Origin: Anaerobacillus sp.
GTDB taxonomy: Bacteria > Bacillota > Bacilli > Bacillales > Anaerobacillaceae
NCBI RefSeq assembly: GCF_046314235.1
Contig: NZ_JBKBWN010000021.1
Coordinates: 1 to 40,000 of the forward strand
DNA: 40,000 nt
Direction: 5' to 3'
The translations under genes and the position numbers were made by a program. Shown in pieces: positions 11,161 through 18,563 of the stretch; position 1 is the first letter of the stretch, and every line of letters starts with the position of its first letter. The notes under the pieces were generated by a model that made no database searches, was not told the DNA's origin, and was given only the letters and a program-made list of their open reading frames with translations.

Positions 11161-13158
11161 TTACTCTTTTTTGTTATCATCCAGCTTTTCTTCGTTTTCA
11201 GACGGAAGAAATGCTTCTTCTGAATCAGGAGTTTGTGAAGGCTTAACTTCGTCTTTCTTCGCGTTAATATTCACTTTCACATCGCCTTCAGCAGTTGTAT
11301 CTACGTTTTTCTTATTAGAGTGGTGATCTTCAGGAAGTTTTCCTTCAGTCATTAATGCTTTAATTTGCTCAGCATCTAAAGTTTCTACCTCTAATAATGT
11401 TTTAGCAATTAGCTCAAGCTTATCCTTATTTTCGAGTAAAATTGTACGACATCGCTCATAGCTCTCTTTAATTATGCGTTGCATTTCTTGATCAATCTCA
11501 TATGCAATTGCATCACTATAATTTTGCTCATTATTAATATCTCGACCAAGGAATACATTGCCTCCTTGAGCAGAACCAAATTGCATTGGGCCTAACTTAT
11601 CACTCATTCCGTATTCAGTGACCATTTTACGGGCAATCCCTGTAGCACGTTGGAAATCGTTATGGGCACCTGTACTGACTTCACCGAAAATCACTTCCTC
11701 GGCAACACGTCCACCCAATAAACCTACAATCTTATCTAACAACTCTGGTTTTGTCATGAAATAACGATCTTCTTTCGGAAGCATTACCGCATAGCCCCCA
11801 GCTTGACCACGAGGAACAATCGTTACTTTATGAACTAAGTCAGCACTCTCTAACTTTACACCTACTACCGTGTGACCAGCTTCATGGTAGGCAACGATAT
11901 TCTTTTCCTTTTCAGAAATGACCCTACTTTTCTTAGCAGGTCCAGCAATAACGCGGTCAATCGCTTCTTCAATATCATTCATATCGACTTTCTTCTTATC
12001 ACGACGGGCAGCAACTAAAGCAGCCTCATTTAATAAGTTTTCTAAATCAGCACCAGAAAATCCTGGGGTACGAGTTGCAATCGTTTTTAAGTTTACATCT
12101 CCTGCTAAAGGCTTGTTACGAGCATGTACTTCAAGCACTGCTTCACGACCTTTAACGTCAGGACGGCCGACTAAAATTTGGCGATCAAATCGACCTGGAC
12201 GAAGTAATGCTGGATCTAAGATATCTGCGCGATTTGTTGCCGCAATAATGATAATCCCTTCATTAACTCCAAAGCCATCCATTTCAACTAATAGTTGATT
12301 TAAGGTTTGTTCACGCTCATCATGACCTCCACCAAGTCCTGCACCACGTTGACGACCTACTGCATCAATTTCATCAATGAAAATAATACAAGGCGCATTT
12401 TTCTTGGCATTTTCAAATAAGTCACGAACACGCGAGGCACCTACCCCAACAAACATCTCAACAAAATCTGAACCACTAATTGAGAAGAATGGTGTACCTG
12501 CTTCCCCTGCAACAGCTCGGGCAAGTAAAGTTTTACCTGTCCCTGGAGGACCTACCAAAAGGACGCCTTTAGGAATTCGAGCACCAATAGCAGCAAATTT
12601 GCGAGGGTCCTTTAAAAACTCAACAACCTCTACAAGTTCCTGCTTTTCTTCGTCAGCGCCTGCTACATCTGTAAACTTCGCTTTCTTTTTATCGTCATAA
12701 AGCTTTGCTTTACTTTTCCCAAAGTTCATAACACGGCTTCCGCCACCCTGTGCTTGACTTAAAAGGAAAAAGAATAAGATAAAGATAATCACAAAAGGAA
12801 TAATTGACGTAAAAAATGTGACCCAACCACTCGTTTGTTCAGCTTCTAGAACTTCTAACTCAATGCCACCTCTTTGGGCGGTTTCATGAATATCAGAAAG
12901 AGCAATGTCCGATGCCGGAACATTAACTACGAAAGTTTCTCCTTCAGGAGCAGATTTAAGCGTTCCACGAATAACATATACATTCCTCACAGGTTGTATA
13001 GTACTAGGACCTACTTCACCTTTTTTTAAGTGGTCATAAAATTCACCGTACTTCATATCCTTTGTGTCTGTTGGCGGCCCATTAAAGAAACTTACTATGC
13101 CGACAATTACTAAAAAGATTAATAAATAAAAGACTGTATTTCGAAAAATTCGATTCAT
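11161..13158 (-). CDS. ftsH: ATP-dependent zinc metalloprotease FtsH
   Basis: 665 aa with an N-terminal TM pair, AAA+ Walker A GPPGTGKT, Walker B IIFIDEID and the HEAGH zinc site. The charged low-complexity C-terminal tail is longer than I recall for B. subtilis. Confidence 0.98.
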   Translation of the reverse strand: MNRIFRNTVFYLLIFLVIVGIVSFFNGPPTDTKDMKYGEFYDHLKKGEVGPSTIQPVRNVYVIRGTLKSAPEGETFVVNVPASDIALSDIHETAQRGGIELEVLEAEQTSGWVTFFTSIIPFVIIFILFFFLLSQAQGGGSRVMNFGKSKAKLYDDKKKAKFTDVAGADEEKQELVEVVEFLKDPRKFAAIGARIPKGVLLVGPPGTGKTLLARAVAGEAGTPFFSISGSDFVEMFVGVGASRVRDLFENAKKNAPCIIFIDEIDAVGRQRGAGLGGGHDEREQTLNQLLVEMDGFGVNEGIIIIAATNRADILDPALLRPGRFDRQILVGRPDVKGREAVLEVHARNKPLAGDVNLKTIATRTPGFSGADLENLLNEAALVAARRDKKKVDMNDIEEAIDRVIAGPAKKSRVISEKEKNIVAYHEAGHTVVGVKLESADLVHKVTIVPRGQAGGYAVMLPKEDRYFMTKPELLDKIVGLLGGRVAEEVIFGEVSTGAHNDFQRATGIARKMVTEYGMSDKLGPMQFGSAQGGNVFLGRDINNEQNYSDAIAYEIDQEMQRIIKESYERCRTILLENKDKLELIAKTLLEVETLDAEQIKALMTEGKLPEDHHSNKKNVDTTAEGDVKVNINAKKDEVKPSQTPDSEEAFLPSENEEKLDDNKKE

Positions 13159-13195
13159 CCTTTACCTCCTCCCACTGGCGAATAAAGCTTAAATA

Positions 13196-13225
13196 ATAGT
13201 ATCACAAAAGTCATCTTATCCACAA
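13196..13225 (-). promoter_or_regulatory. Candidate sigma-A promoter of ftsH: TTGTGG-18-(TGa)TACTAT
   Basis: On the minus strand, the -35 TTGTGG is at 13225..13220. The -10 TACTAT at 13201..13196 is preceded by TGn. It lies ~40 nt upstream of the ftsH ATG. Confidence 0.4.
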
Positions 13226-13229
13226 TTAA

Positions 13230-13772
13230 TTACCTCTGATAAATTTCTGGCTTCAGAATACCGATATAAGGCAGATTGCGGTAACGTTCAATGTAATCTA
13301 AACCATAGCCAACAACGAACTCATCAGGAACAATAAATCCAGTCATATCAGGCTTTAAGTCGACTTTACGACCTTCAGGCTTATCCAATAATGTGACAAC
13401 CTTCACCGACTTTGCTTTTCTATAACGGAATAAGTCAATTAAATAGCTTAAAGTTAATCCACTATCGATAATATCTTCTATAATTAATACATCTCTTCCT
13501 TCTACCGAAGTGTTCAAATCCTTAATTATTTTTACTTCACCAGAAGAAACCAATTCATTGCCATAGCTAGATACGTCCATAAAATCTAACTCTAAATGGG
13601 CATCGATCCTTTTAATCAAATCGCTCATAAATGGCATTGCGCCTTTTAGTACACCAACTACAAGCGGAAAACGATCTTGGTATTCATCAGATAGCGCTGC
13701 CCCTAATTCTTTAATCTTTGCTTGGATTTCCTCTTCAGATATTAATATTTCTTTAATTTCATCTCTCATCAT
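13230..13772 (-). CDS. hprT: Hypoxanthine-guanine phosphoribosyltransferase
   Basis: 180 aa, very similar to B. subtilis HprT ([20 protein letters not shown] motif, VVGYGLDY). Confidence 0.97.
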   Translation of the reverse strand: MMRDEIKEILISEEEIQAKIKELGAALSDEYQDRFPLVVGVLKGAMPFMSDLIKRIDAHLELDFMDVSSYGNELVSSGEVKIIKDLNTSVEGRDVLIIEDIIDSGLTLSYLIDLFRYRKAKSVKVVTLLDKPEGRKVDLKPDMTGFIVPDEFVVGYGLDYIERYRNLPYIGILKPEIYQR

Positions 13773-13893
13773 GACTTGTTATTAACCCCCTAAAAGTAAT
13801 GTATAACTAAAAAAAATAATCATTCTTTATTTCAATAAAAAATAAAAAAATAATTTAATGAATTTCATAATTCTATATTATCGCCATTTAGAT

Positions 13894-13935
13894 ACTATAT
13901 GTAGTTGCGTAAAATCACTCGCAACTACATATAGT
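13894..13935. repeat. Perfect 16 bp inverted repeat (hairpin) with a 10 nt loop in the tilS-hprT spacer
   Basis: ACTATATGTAGTTGCG (13894-13909) pairs base-for-base with CGCAACTACATATAGT (13920-13935). No U-tract follows on the transcribed minus strand. Confidence 0.9.
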
Positions 13936-13999
13936 TTGATATGGCTCATTTTTGTTAATTATGAAATTCACTCAATTGTAAAGCAATATGTAATTCTAA

Positions 14000-15388
14000 C
14001 TACAGATCCTTATACTCTAACACCAAAAATTGTTTTGTTTCTTTAGTAGGCAGTGCAATATTCGATCTTCTTAGGCCTGGTACCCAAAGAAGATCACCAG
14101 TGTTATTTACTACAACTGGCCAATGATCTCGATCGTTTCGATCAACTTTTTCATCAATGAAGAGTGTTTTAAGCTTCTTTGTCCCTTCCATTCCTTGTAG
14201 TGACATACCATCACCTTGTTGGCGAGTTCTCACTATTAAAGGTAACGTTAATTTTTTTAAATCACAAATAATTACGTTTTTATTTAATTGAATATCTGGA
14301 AAGGAATCAGTCACTTCACCAATTATCTTACCCTTTTTCAAAGTTACAATCCCTGGTATCGATAATTCGAATTCATAACTACTTGCTTCTGTTTGCATGT
14401 CAAATGATAAGACACACTCATCATAGGACTTCACAATCTTTAAACCGTTCGGGAAATCTAATGACCCAGATGGATGAGGAATTTTTATAAGATGCAAAAA
14501 TTGCTCAATATGTAAAGCGGTAATTTGTGGCATGTTTTGCTCGTAAAGATAGTTTAATATTAGTTGAAAGCCTCTTCTTTGTAAAGGGATAGGGATATCA
14601 AGTAGTTTTGAAATCGACAAAACGACCTTTTTCTGTTGTTTAGAAAGGTATGTCTTGGTTAACTCTTGCTCAGTTAATTGTGTTAAAAACAACTCATCGT
14701 CTACCATTAGTTCACTTTGTTGTTGAAACCTTACATGTACCGATGGATTTTCTTTTTTTAGTATAGGTAAGATCTCATTTCTAATACGATTCCTTACGTA
14801 TTTAGACGTAAAGTTACTTTTATCAATCCTAGGAAACAAGTTTTCCTCTTGACAATACTTAATAATATCTTCTTTTGATATACAAAGAAACGGCCTGATA
14901 ATAACTGCACCACTAAACGGACGCTTTACCGGTATTCCCGCCAATCCAAATCCATAAGCTCCCCTAAGTTGACGCATAATAATTGTTTCCACTTGGTCAT
15001 CGCCGTGGTGAGCTAGCGCGAGTAACTGGCCACTATGCTTTTGCAAGACCGATTCAAAAAATTGATAGCGGCATTCCCGAGCCGCAACTTGGGAAGTTAA
15101 CTTATATTCTTCTTGGTATTGCCGTACATTTATTTGTTTGCCCTCAAAAGGAATGCTCTCTTTTTCGCAATACTTTTTCACAAAAATAAAATCTTCGTTA
15201 GACTCTTCACCACGAAGCATATGGTCTATATGAGCGGCAACAACTTTTAAATTCATTTGTTTTTCTTTTGCCTTTAAAAAATGAAGCAACGCAAGGGAAT
15301 CGGGACCTCCAGAGACACCTACAACAACTGTTGCCCCCTCAAATAAAAGGGCATGCTTCTTAATAAAGGAATTAACGACCTCCTTCAT
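14000..15388 (-). CDS. tilS: tRNA(Ile)-lysidine synthase
   Basis: N-type ATP-PPase motif SGGPDS near the N-terminus, plus the TilS substrate and C-terminal domains. The ATG at 15388 (MKEVVNSF...) is preferred. The TTG at 15412 in the track has no SD. Confidence 0.93.
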   Translation of the reverse strand: MKEVVNSFIKKHALLFEGATVVVGVSGGPDSLALLHFLKAKEKQMNLKVVAAHIDHMLRGEESNEDFIFVKKYCEKESIPFEGKQINVRQYQEEYKLTSQVAARECRYQFFESVLQKHSGQLLALAHHGDDQVETIIMRQLRGAYGFGLAGIPVKRPFSGAVIIRPFLCISKEDIIKYCQEENLFPRIDKSNFTSKYVRNRIRNEILPILKKENPSVHVRFQQQSELMVDDELFLTQLTEQELTKTYLSKQQKKVVLSISKLLDIPIPLQRRGFQLILNYLYEQNMPQITALHIEQFLHLIKIPHPSGSLDFPNGLKIVKSYDECVLSFDMQTEASSYEFELSIPGIVTLKKGKIIGEVTDSFPDIQLNKNVIICDLKKLTLPLIVRTRQQGDGMSLQGMEGTKKLKTLFIDEKVDRNDRDHWPVVVNNTGDLLWVPGLRRSNIALPTKETKQFLVLEYKDL

Positions 15389-15815
15389 AACGGTGACCAA
15401 TCCCCTTTCCAAAAGAAAATACAGCTAATGCAAAAACAATGCCCGCAGCAATTGCACCTGCTTGTAACATTGTCACTATTCCAAGTTCAAGGCCGCCAAT
15501 ATAATCACCTTCAACAAAGGCTAGCATTGTATAATACGCTTTACTGCCAGGAACTAGCGGAATAATTCCCGGTATTGTAAATGCCGTTGCAGGGATACGA
15601 TATTTACGCGCTAAAAAGTGTGCCAGCATCGCCGCCGTTATCGACGCGATACTAGTAGCAAAGATAGACGTTACCCCATATTCCGGGAGTAATCGATATA
15701 TCGCCCAGGCAAGTGATCCAATTCCACCACCAAGGAGAAGCGAATTCCTTGGCACGCTGAAAATAATACCAAAGGAAACTGTAGCAAAAAAACAGACTAT
15801 GAGTTCAATAATCAT
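15372..15815 (-). CDS. ThrE-family exporter, small membrane subunit (ThrE_2/DUF3815-like, YjjB-like)
   Basis: ~147 aa with four to five hydrophobic segments. The start at ATG 15815 follows SD GGGTGG plus 5 nt, 16 nt after the stop of the upstream subunit. The track ORF (to 15932) is a spurious 5' extension overlapping that gene. The 3' end overlaps the tilS ATG by 17 nt. Confidence 0.8.
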   Translation of the reverse strand: MIIELIVCFFATVSFGIIFSVPRNSLLLGGGIGSLAWAIYRLLPEYGVTSIFATSIASITAAMLAHFLARKYRIPATAFTIPGIIPLVPGSKAYYTMLAFVEGDYIGGLELGIVTMLQAGAIAAGIVFALAVFSFGKGIGHRYEGGR

Positions 15816-15831
15816 ATTAACCACCCTGCAA

Positions 15832-16587
15832 TTATGTAAATAAGGTAATTGCCAAGGCAATTCCTGTAGCAATTGATAATGAAGTGATCGTTGCTTCTGC
15901 ACCACGACTGACACCGGCAACAAGATCGCCACTCATTAAATCTCTTACCGCATTTGTTAACGGTACACCTGGAACTAAAGGCATTAATGTACCAATAATA
16001 ATCTGATTAATATTCGTACCAAGTCCAAAGTAGACGAGAGCAATAGCAACTGCCCCTCCAGTAAATGCAGCAATGAATTCAGCGAAAAATTTCACTCTTA
16101 GATACCGCTCAACTTCAATAAGAAAAATACTAGCCGTCACACCTGCAATAAAAGCAGGAAGCGTATCCTTTACTCCTCCACCAAAAAGGTATGAAAAAGC
16201 ACCACCAGCTATCCCAGAAGCAAAATGGATAAGCCATATTGGATAATTCATTGGAGCTAAAATAATCTTTCTCAGTTTTTGATACGCTTGTTCAGCTGTT
16301 AGAGTACCAATGACAAACTCACGTGACACTTGGTTAACTAGTGTGACTTTGTTCAAATCATAATACCTATCATCGACACGAATCATTTGCATCAGGTCAC
16401 CACGACCATCTTCCTCAAAAGAAATAAAGATGCCCGTAGTCGTCACAAAGCTATGAACATTTTTTAAACCTGCTGCTTTGGCCATTCGTTCAAGAGTTTC
16501 TTCAACGCGGTAAGTTTCTGCACCATATGTAAGCATAATTTCCCCAGCAAGTAAACATATGTCCATCATTTGATCAGCCTTGCCCAT
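15832..16587 (-). CDS. ThrE-family exporter, large membrane subunit (ThrE/DUF1212-like, YjjP-like)
   Basis: 251 aa. The N-terminal soluble part is GAETYRVEETLERMAKAAGL, typical of threonine/serine exporter family proteins. The C-terminal half is multi-TM. The SD is GGGAGGGG, 4 nt before the ATG. Confidence 0.82.
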   Translation of the reverse strand: MGKADQMMDICLLAGEIMLTYGAETYRVEETLERMAKAAGLKNVHSFVTTTGIFISFEEDGRGDLMQMIRVDDRYYDLNKVTLVNQVSREFVIGTLTAEQAYQKLRKIILAPMNYPIWLIHFASGIAGGAFSYLFGGGVKDTLPAFIAGVTASIFLIEVERYLRVKFFAEFIAAFTGGAVAIALVYFGLGTNINQIIIGTLMPLVPGVPLTNAVRDLMSGDLVAGVSRGAEATITSLSIATGIALAITLFT

Positions 16588-16652
16588 TTTACCCCTCCCG
16601 TCTACTAGCAGTCATAGAGAGTGTAGAGTTTTTTGTTTTTGATCCTTTACAC

Positions 16653-17624
16653 TCACATCATTTGTCCAAATAAGTATAGGATATATGCTAAAAGAAGGAA
16701 AGAGGCAAAAAGAAATGTTTCCATAATTCCCGATGTTTTTTCTTTACCTCTTCGTTTTGGTTTATCAACTTGCTTTTTCCTAATTATCTGCTTTTTATTA
16801 TTATGAACGGTTGCATTCGTAGATCTACTAATAGATTCGACAACTTCTTTTTTCATTAACTGAGCATTCTCGTACTTCCCTTGTAATGCATTTAGCAATA
16901 TTATATCGTATTGTTTTAAAATAGGTTTACGCTGAATTTTTTCCTTTAACTGTTTTATTCCTTCTCCATTTTTCTCAAAGCGATTTTGGTAGCAAATATT
17001 GATAATAATCATTGCTACTGCAAATAAGTCATAGGTAGGTTCTGCCTTCCTAGTACCTAGTCCCCAATAACCTCGATCATAAAACTCAGTATATTCTTTG
17101 ACTGACCTTCCTAATAGAGTTGTTCCACCGACATCAAGCCAACGAATACGTGGGGGTGGGCCAACAATTATTAAGTTATCAGGCTTTAAGTCTCCAAATA
17201 CCCAACCAGCTTGATGGAGACGATCAAGGTCACCTAGTAACTGAACCATAAAAATACCAATCCACTCACTCCCTTTCCCCGAAACGAAAGTAAATAAGTC
17301 TTGTCCATTTAAATATTCCATGACATAAAAGGGGATGGTTCCTTCAGGTGTTACCCAATCGTCTACATCAATTAAAGAAGGACCAAGGACTTGTCCTTGG
17401 ACCTTGGAAAAATGTTTGAGGACGTTTACCTCTGAAGTAATTGCCATACTATTTAGACCCATTTTAATGGCTACTAAGCCTTCAGGTGAATCTGCTAAAT
17501 AAACTGTACCCGTTGCACCGTTTCCTAGCTCTCTTACTATTTTATATGGCCGTTTATGCCATTTTCCGATTAGTTTTGTTTCCGGAGGCAGGTTACATAC
17601 TTGACTCTTCTTGATACTGCTCAT
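16653..17624 (-). CDS. yabT: Sporulation Ser/Thr protein kinase YabT-like with a C-terminal TM anchor
   Basis: 323 aa with GNGATGTVY glycine loop, VAIKM, GDLKPDNLII and the atypical DVGG in place of DFG, as recalled for B. subtilis YabT. A basic linker is followed by one C-terminal TM helix. Confidence 0.9.
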   Translation of the reverse strand: MSSIKKSQVCNLPPETKLIGKWHKRPYKIVRELGNGATGTVYLADSPEGLVAIKMGLNSMAITSEVNVLKHFSKVQGQVLGPSLIDVDDWVTPEGTIPFYVMEYLNGQDLFTFVSGKGSEWIGIFMVQLLGDLDRLHQAGWVFGDLKPDNLIIVGPPPRIRWLDVGGTTLLGRSVKEYTEFYDRGYWGLGTRKAEPTYDLFAVAMIIINICYQNRFEKNGEGIKQLKEKIQRKPILKQYDIILLNALQGKYENAQLMKKEVVESISRSTNATVHNNKKQIIRKKQVDKPKRRGKEKTSGIMETFLFASFLLLAYILYLFGQMM

Positions 17625-18324
17625 CAGCTAACAAACTCCTTTTACTCTTTTGCGGAAACATCGAAATAGCAAGATGAAGCGCAGGACCTGTTGGTGTAAT
17701 TCCTCCTGAAGCAAGCTTGTGAAAGACATCTGTTAGTGATTCAATTTTTGGAGTCCAATTTAACAATCTGTCGACTTCTTTTCGTTTTCCTGGAAATGAG
17801 TAAAGTGAAAATTTATTAGCACCCAATCTAGAATTTAAACTAATTGATAAATCTGTCAAAGCTTCTTGAACCATTGCTAGTTTATTTTTCATACTCGCAC
17901 TTGTATCTACTAATATTAAAAGCTCAAGGTCCATTGTTTCGCCAAGTTCATCAACAACTTCCATCACTTGTCCACGTTTCTCTGGCGGTAAATCTTCTAT
18001 ATCTTGGTCTTTTCCTAGTATTTGTGTTAGTTCTCTATTAACGACTCCATGAATCGTCTGTGTCATTGCTTTCCTAGTTACCATTTGAACTGTTTTTGCC
18101 AGTTGTTGTGTATATACTACTTGGCTAATTCCCCCACCCGACATTGCAATTGCTTTTATCTCTTCAATCCCTCGATCACTTATCTGATCATCGTCTACGA
18201 CTCCAATAACATTTACAGTAATTCCTTGTTCTTTTGCTAATGCTGCAATCGCAATTGGATCCTCCCCTTGATTAGAGCAGCCATCAGTTAACAGTAGAAT
18301 TTGCTTTAATGTACCTTTTCTCAT
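17593..18324 (-). CDS. yabS: von Willebrand factor A domain protein YabS-like
   Basis: 243 aa with two vWA-like halves (LLTDGCSNQG; LVDTSASM). It overlaps the yabT start by 32 nt. The SD is GGAGGGG. Confidence 0.88.
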   Translation of the reverse strand: MRKGTLKQILLLTDGCSNQGEDPIAIAALAKEQGITVNVIGVVDDDQISDRGIEEIKAIAMSGGGISQVVYTQQLAKTVQMVTRKAMTQTIHGVVNRELTQILGKDQDIEDLPPEKRGQVMEVVDELGETMDLELLILVDTSASMKNKLAMVQEALTDLSISLNSRLGANKFSLYSFPGKRKEVDRLLNWTPKIESLTDVFHKLASGGITPTGPALHLAISMFPQKSKRSLLADEQYQEESSM

Positions 18325-18347
18325 AAATTCAATTCCCCTCCAATTTT

Positions 18348-18380
18348 ATACTTTAAGAAAGTTTAACTTTGTTAAAGTAT
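18348..18380. repeat. 33 nt near-perfect AT-rich palindrome in the yabS leader
   Basis: ATACTTTAAgAAAGTTtAACTTTgTTAAAGTAT pairs at 15 of 16 positions about the centre at 18364. An extra copy, TAAAGTATAA, is at 18381-18390. It lies between the candidate promoter and the yabS SD. Confidence 0.9.
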
Positions 18381-18398
18381 TAAAGTATAAGAAAAACT

Positions 18399-18427
18399 AA
18401 TATACTTGGCTAAAACTTGGTCGTAAA
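18399..18427 (-). promoter_or_regulatory. Candidate sigma-A promoter for yabS-yabT: TTTACG-17-TATATT
   Basis: On the minus strand, the -35 is at 18427..18422 and the -10 at 18404..18399, with a 17 nt spacer. Confidence 0.4.
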
Positions 18428-18563
18428 TTAATTTTTCTAATGAATGTTACCATCATTCACTTATTCAAAGAGGAATATACTATTAATTTAGAATTTAAAA
18501 AGAAATTTATAGAGTTATTTGCTAGATAAGTTTTGCAATATCAATCTCTACGTTTACAAGCTT

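Noticed and set aside
11918-12700. Plus-strand ORFs of 126 and 107 aa antisense to the ftsH AAA+ domain. Similar antisense ORFs are at 8619-8948 (cysK), 10666-10902 (coaX), 18670-19140 and 19502-19684 (spoIIE), 29951-30175 (mfd), 33688-33987 (ctc), 34654-34842 and 35221-35418 (prs), 35777-36502 (glmU) and 37076-37273 (spoVG).
   Set aside because: All are embedded antisense in highly conserved genes. None has ribosome binding sites or plausible protein features.
13858-14046. 62 aa plus-strand ORF spanning the tilS-hprT spacer and the tilS 3' end.
   Set aside because: There is no SD upstream of the ATG. It reads through the 16 bp hairpin, is hydrophobic and low-complexity, and is opposite in orientation to every neighbouring transcription unit.
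15816-15932. 5' part of the 186 aa track ORF, overlapping the end of the large ThrE subunit by ~100 nt.
   Set aside because: The internal ATG at 15815 has a proper SD (GGGTGG plus 5 nt) located after the upstream stop codon. The upstream extension encodes non-membrane, non-conserved-looking sequence in an alternative frame of the preceding gene.
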